Below are positions 63,831 through 64,000 of a stretch of DNA of 64,000 nt, piece by piece. The DNA comes from Antedon mediterranea. Lineage: Eukaryota > Animalia > Echinodermata. Made by a program: the position numbers and the translations under genes. Position 1 is the first letter of the stretch, and each line of letters begins with the position of its first letter. The notes beneath the pieces were generated by a model. It saw nothing but the letters and a program-made list of their open reading frames with translations, was not told the DNA's origin and made no database searches. The stretch lies in contig NC_092670.1 in NCBI RefSeq assembly GCF_964355755.1, positions 17,780,795 through 17,844,794 on the forward strand, in the 5' to 3' direction.

Positions 63831-64000
63831 TAATAAGTAGAAAATTAATTTCCAATCACTATTTTTAACCGGTGGGTGTTATAATTGCAGTGAAAAATAG
63901 AACGCTGCCCCGAAAGCAGTGATGATGATGGGTGGTGCAGGCTAGCCAGGCTAGGCCTAGTTAGTTAGTAGGCAGACGCGGGCAGTGGTGTTGGGTAAGG

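Overview
AT-rich, intron-containing animal genomic DNA. An invertebrate deuterostome such as an echinoderm is a guess from composition and repeat content only; nothing prokaryotic and no CRISPR array is seen. Genes were built by hand from GT-AG junctions and phase continuity: last three exons of DHX8/Prp22 (+); complete 7-exon HPRT1 (+, 214 aa); two divergently oriented paralogous class A GPCRs with single coding exons (-, 324 aa; +, 335 aa); an unrecognised 2-exon 118-aa protein starting MGCGSS (-); a 15-exon tastin/TROAP-like gene (+, ~994 aa); and a complete 14-exon AVL9 (-, 757 aa). Introns and intergenic DNA carry many non-autonomous DNA transposons (Harbinger-, hAT-, Tc1/pogo-, MULE-, Ginger- and Helentron-like), tRNA-derived SINEs and four minisatellites. 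The most notable items are: (i) a 68-bp array made of the last 15 codons plus stop of DHX8, with a 205-bp three-unit higher-order period; (ii) the small dual-acylation-motif protein, which is split across two exons and so is missed by the ORF track; (iii) the GPCR pair lacking the TM3-ECL2 disulfide, an architecture like melanocortin/S1P/cannabinoid receptors; (iv) a MITE built from C/EBP-consensus palindromes just after HPRT1 exon 1; (v) a deleted Harbinger retaining a Myb/SANT fragment. All homology calls are from recalled motifs, not database searches.
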